A DNA stretch of 56,231 nt, filler included, from Catajapyx aquilonaris (Eukaryota), in NCBI GenBank assembly GCA_000934665.2. It is 2 parts of 2 records of this genome, joined end to end, with 100 filler letters (N's around TTAATTAATTAA, not from the genome) between each part and the next. Parts side by side here need not be neighbours in the genome. Positions count along the whole stretch, not along the records: positions 28,229 to 56,231 come from KZ539259.1; 1 more part is not named here. One strand, written 5' to 3'. Shown one piece after another: positions 50,931 through 56,231 of this stretch. The position numbers and the translations under genes were made by a program. The notes below the pieces were generated by a model that saw nothing but the letters and a program-made list of their open reading frames with translations, did no database searches and was not told the DNA's origin. How positions within the stretch are numbered: position 1 is the first letter of the stretch; the number at the start of each line of letters is the position of its first letter.

Positions 50931-51178
50931 ATATTGTATTTTGTTCCAGGTAAAATACAGTCAAAACCTCACTTTTTCTTGTCGTGCCAATGTAGCCACC
51001 AGATGTGATTTGTAAAAATGTGTTTCCTAATTTTACCAGGATGCCACTTTATACACAGTAATATGGTATGTGTTTACAGGTGTACTATTTTAAGTGTTTA
51101 TTTATGGGTATAATAAGCTTTATTTACGTGTAAGAGTTAATCTTGTTTTAAAATGTTAATTTCTGGTGTAGAGGTATA

Positions 51179-51776
51179 CAGTAAAACTTCTATAAGTCGA
51201 ATCTCCATGGGACCGGGAAAAAACTTCAACTTATAGAAGATTCGAGTTAGAGAAGTTTGGATTTTTTAAAGGACATAACTCTATAAGGAAGCCTACCTTT
51301 ATATCCAGAGACGAAAGGTGTTCAAAACTTAAAAATAACTGTCACTATCACTTACAATGTTCTTCGTTGTTTTGTTGTAAAAAAAACTCTGTTATGGACA
51401 TTTGCCTACTCTTAGATTCAAAGATTCTATTGTCACAATCGAGTCAAACACTTCTTTCGGTATGTCTGGTAGACAGAGATCAGGAAATTGAGCATTTCTG
51501 TGCGTGTGGCCTACTCTCGACCCTTCGGCTGGGAAATGAGAAAATTTTCCCTACTCGCCAACATGAACTTCGACTTAGGGAGACTGAAAATGCATTGATA
51601 TCCCGTCGTAAGGCCCTGCCTGCACTTCGAGTTATGGAGAACTTCGAGTTATAGAAATTCGAGTTAGGGAAGTTTTATTTCCTATTATTTTACATTGTGA
51701 CCAACCAAGCTCATCATTTTCTTCGACTTATAGGGAACTTCGACTGAGGGAAGTTCGACTTATAGAAGTTTTACTG
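51179..51776. mobile_element. pogo/Tigger-like MITE
   Basis: TA|CAGTAAAACTTCTATAAGTCGAA ... TTCGACTTATAGAAGTTTTACTG|TA; internal TTCGA(C/G)TTA repeats. Confidence 0.92.
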
Positions 51777-52853
51777 TATTACGTTGCAAAACTGTAGACA
51801 TTGTCCAGCAGTCTATTGTAGTCAAGGCCAATGAAGTATTGTTTTAGCAAAATGAAATAGTCCCACCAATCAGGCATGTTTTGTGACTGTGCATTAATTA
51901 ACAATTACATTATATTTGCAAGATTGAACAGGATGCTAAAAAAAATCGGAATGAAATTTTTAAATGTGTCGGATCCTGAGCTGAATGATTGCGTACATAT
52001 TCTGTCAAACTTCCATAATTTGAGGCATGAAGGGGCCATTGAAAGGGATGTTACCCTTGTTAGTAACAGTAATAATAGAAGACCTAATTTGCAAATGATT
52101 AGTCACATTTTGCTTGGAAGGATCTTTTCCAGAATCAATCTTGTCTTTGTGCGCCAAAATTTTAGTGGAGACAGTACCTAATGATATCTGTCTGAGGAAA
52201 AGTGAACCTTGGTTTTTTCCTATCAGGCTTATGAGTCATGAAAATCAGGATTGAAATTTGCAAATGTGAAATTTTTTGAATTCCAAGTGGCCACATGGAA
52301 TTGGGAGGCATTTGAATTTTATTTTTAGGCTACTTTTGCAACAATGGTAGATGACACCCAATCTTTTGAGTCATTGGTTATTTACTAAAACTGACAAAAG
52401 AACTTGGTGAGGCAAAGTTTGTTGTACAAGTACTATGTGGCAACCCTTCAAGTGCAGTACTGAAATGGGCCACCATGACTATACAAGCAGATGAATTTAA
52501 TTCAATGCCAGTTTTAGTTAATAATGTGGCTTAAAAAGTTGATCATGATTGACTGTTGCTGTAAAAAGTTAAGACAACTTTTTGTTAGGAAGTGCCTAAC
52601 TGCTTGATTGCCTCTCCAAAATTTCAACGTAGAAAACCTCAATCGTGGTTGGGGATTGAACTCAAGTTGCTGAAGGTGGAATGCCCATTCTAAACAATTC
52701 ACCATCATTGTGAAATTCAGTTTGCATATATTTTCACAATTCGGTCAAGCATCCCTTCACATTCAAATTAAAGAAGATATGACTTATTGTTTCTGTACAC
52801 AGCTACATTGGAACTTTTTAAAGACATACCGTATCTTTTGAATTGCGTACATG

Positions 52854-52937
52854 AATTGAAGGGCTTGGGAGTAAACAATGGTCAGGGTATGGGTTTTACA
52901 TATCCCTTACGATTGTTTACTCCCGAGCCCTTCAATT
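52854..52937. repeat. 84-bp inverted repeat (hairpin)
   Basis: AATTGAAGGGCTTGGGAGTAAACAAT pairs with ATTGTTTACTCCCGAGCCCTTCAATT. Confidence 0.85.
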
Positions 52938-54121
52938 ATTACATTGTGTTGGTCCTAGAAATTCAGACGCAGCTGTTGCACATTACATTCAATTACTTTT
53001 CCTCAGCATTAACATTTTAAATGGAACAATGCAAATCATGCAACATATTAGTGTTTAGATCATTTTATTGTAATACATCATGTTCACACTAAGGGAAAAA
53101 ATGAGTAATTTTTTCAAAAGGAATGAAGGAAAGTCTTCTTTTTCAAATCTTGTCCAGCTAACATTTTTGTCACAAGGTTTTACTGAACACCAATAGTAAA
53201 GTTAGTAAATGTCACTGCAGTATACGACCTACTCAAAGAATATTTTAATCACTCCGTCACAGACTGACTGGTCTTATACTGCGTATACATTTGCATTATG
53301 GTATATTTTTGTGATGTACAATACTTTTATTACACTGATAAGCCCTGAATGCTCCTAAGCAAAGGCGCCAGTTCTCTTCTTGTGGCTCCAAATTCTAGAC
53401 GAAGGAACCACATGACTAAGCCAGCCTGCCTGCATTTTCTAATGCAGGAAGATGCAAGCCAGTACTGGCCCAAAAGACAGATTTATGTGGGCAGGAAGCA
53501 TTCCCAATGATACACTACTCACTATCGACTGGTATCCTTATGAAATCTTAATTTTTTGTAACATTTAAGGCCATTACCTTCTTTCGTTACCTTTGATATT
53601 TCATGATATTATCTGACTTCTCAGGTGTTCTGTTTATATTGAATTATTTCAAATCAAATGAGTTAGGTGCAGGATAAAATGTGATACATAATGACATGTA
53701 TAGCCTAAAGAGATGATTATCAGTTGTTTTGTGTTAAAGGTTAATAAATGTTGTTTGGAGATGTATTCCATGTGTCTCATTTAAATGATTTTATTTAAAT
53801 GATTTTATTTGTAAGGTTGAAATGCCAAAGTTGGCATCACCATGGGATTCTTTAATTATTCTCCATTTTGTTTACCTGTGTATTGCTGCATATGGTATTA
53901 AATAACACAAGGATGCATTAGGTGTGTTGAAATGTAATGTCATTATTTCACCACAAGCAGTTTGCTCACAACCTGATTCACACTCCCCTAGCTCCAATTA
54001 GTTGTCCTACAGAGATAATTGCAATTTTTTATCCTTGTTTGCTTCTGTGCATAAAACTAGTGACATCAAGAAATTATTGTTTGTGATTGGTTCACCAAAC
54101 CAACAAGAGTAAAACAATAGT

Positions 54122-54403
54122 AATAATATCTTACCCCGTTATCAGCCTTTTTCGGCTCTTTAGGGGGGATTTTTGTTTTGTCTGGAACTCTTGAGTACAT
54201 TTTTACTTTGCTTTTTGGGATAGGATAGGGAAGGAAGGAGGCGGCTGTGGCCTATTAATTTAGGAAACAACTCCGGAATTCTCCTGGAGGGACCGTGGGA
54301 AACCACAGAAAACCACGGTTAGAGTTGCCGGCCCCGGGGCTCGAACCCAGGACCTCCCGATTAGCAGTCGGACCCTATAGCCACTCCACCAAACTGCTTC
54401 TGT
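54122..54403 (-). mobile_element. tRNA-derived SINE, family F, copy 2
   Basis: Box B GGGTTCGAGCCCC on the minus strand; 15-bp TSD GAGTAAAACAATAGT; homologous to 41064-41379. Confidence 0.92.
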
Positions 54404-54623
54404 GAGTAAAACAATAGTTTACAATGCTATTATAAATAGTGTGCAACTTGTGTGTGTCTTAACTAACATTCCAGCAATGTCAGAGTGATGGTACGTTAGC
54501 AACTTAGTTCATTGGAATGCCTGTCCACCTGCACCTGCAGTAGCTTTATGGCCATCTTGGATGGCATTCAAATTGCATTCTTAATTTTTCTTCTTCCTCT
54601 AAAGGTCATCTACCAATGTATTG

Positions 54624-54769
54624 GTATCAACAGTCCAAAAATAATTGTCCCTCGCGTCGAGCGGGCAGCCATGCGTCAGGATGAAAGCAACCAGTTAACT
54701 GGTTCCTTTCATCCTGACGCGTGGCTGCCCGCTCGACGCGAGGGACAATTCTTTTTGGACTGTTGATAC
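54624..54769. mobile_element. Near-perfect 146-bp palindrome (foldback MITE)
   Basis: GTATCAACAGTCCAAAAA...CCAGTTAACTGG...TTTTTGGACTGTTGATAC; symmetric about GTTAAC with about 3 mismatches. Confidence 0.85.
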
Positions 54770-56231
54770 AAAACACTTAGTGCAGCTATCCTGACTATTC
54801 ATGTCGATATGCTGCGGAGGGCCTTGATCATAAGGAGTGTTGTGTCGAGTCGCATTCGAGTGCATACGGAGGTCGTTGAAGGTTAAGTCCAGCATTTATT
54901 GTGAGTGGTGCTACATTCCTATGAAATAAGGCAACTTTTAAACCAAGCATCATGTTTCTAGGTAAACTAGGAAGAAAAATATAGCCGATTCTTAGGGCGG
55001 ACTACCTAGTGAAACAGCTTGTACTTTGCATGATCAATTAGTAAATCTTACTAATTGATCACGCAAACCTTTAAATGTGAGCTTGTACAATTTTGTAGTC
55101 TGGTACCATGCAATGACAAAAATTAATTGGGATTTTTTTACTGGAGAATATTATGGAGATAACGATCCATTCCAGGCAGACTTCAGCACAAACTGCCAGT
55201 TTCAACCCATCAACCTGTCCAGTTGAATGCCACAAGGCAATAAGGGCCCATCTGTCAATTTTTACGGAAATGCGTTTATGGCATATTGTACTTCCTCTGG
55301 TGGATGTCATCCATATAAAATGCAAGAAGAACCGAAATCTCACTAGTAATGCCTAAAAAGGGCTTCTAACCATCGACGGACCAAAACGCGATTGTAACTT
55401 TTGAAAAGCGAGATTTTAATGCACTACAAGTGTCCCGTGATTTGAAAATAGCAGTGATTCTTAAGCCCGACTTGAATTTTGTCTAAGCGCTACTTCTACA
55501 GGAGATGCGTTACTTTACCTCCATTAGAACGTTCCCCTCTGAGGTAGCAGTGCTAAACCTAGTGGAAAATAAAGTAGACTCGTGGGTCTATATGTCACCA
55601 AAAAATCTTTGACCTATGCCCTCTGGAAGTGGTCAGAAATGGCTGCTACTTTATAAGGCGGCATGGGAGACGAAAACACATTAAATATAATTAAATATAA
55701 TGTGTAATTACTCTGAGGCATATACTGTCTCCTGTATATCATAATCTTTATTTTAAGGGCGATAGCCCTTAAGTAAGACCATAGCATAGATTTCAACAAT
55801 GTTTCAACAATGAATTTTTCCTGGTTCTTCTTCTTCTTGTTGTTACGTTTTTTTCAATCGCCCTAACTCAGATTCTGCTGTAGGTAGAGCTTCCAAATTT
55901 TGAACACAGATCCCCACCATCGTGAATTGATTTCCTATAATTTACACTTTTACTTAATTCCTCTTCAAAACGCCTCAAAAAAATTTAAACCACCAAAAAA
56001 TACGTCTCAATTTTTTTGCTCAATAACTATTCGGAATTTGGTTTCTTCGTCAAAGGGCCGAAGGTGGAGTGGGATGGTGCGGATCTATGTTCAAAATATC
56101 ACAGTTCCCACTGCTACAGGATTGGAGCTGTGATTTTTTTACCTCGTATTTTTTCTGTCATTACTTCATTAGTTCGTTACGCCATCACCTAGAAACGTCA
56201 GTTGTTGTTTACCACCTCATATATTGTTGTG

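Noticed and set aside
55060..55360. Minus-strand exon-like segment (...SVLLAFYMDDI...)
   Set aside because: Multiple in-frame stops and no confident family assignment; at best a decayed TE coding remnant.

Overview
Eukaryotic (invertebrate animal, probably arthropod) genomic DNA, not prokaryotic; almost all ORFs in the six-frame track are spurious. An artificial 100-bp spacer (44 N + TTAATTAATTAA + 44 N, 28129-28228) splits the window into two halves that may not be adjacent in the genome. The left half (1-28128) is non-coding and poor in recognisable TEs. It looks like a large intron or regulatory landscape, with candidate recursive-splice (ratchet) sites and enhancer-like motif clusters. 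The right half (28229-56231) holds a + strand multi-exon ACBD4/ACBD5-like peroxisome-ER tether gene: putative exon 30418-30462, then 32687-32836, 38265-38352, 38411-38589 and 43414-43554, about 200 aa, with an FFAT-like motif, coiled coil, TMD and basic tail but no acyl-CoA-binding domain visible in the window. This gene sits in a dense, nested set of tRNA-SINEs and MITEs (Tc1/mariner, pogo/Tigger, hAT, piggyBac, Kolobok, PIF/Harbinger). Highlights: an intron-containing Transib (RAG1-related) transposase fragment with an RSS-like terminus; a covarying 3' stem-loop shared by five different SINE families; a possibly ACB-less ACBD5; candidate recursive splicing. All family assignments come from recalled motifs, not database searches.
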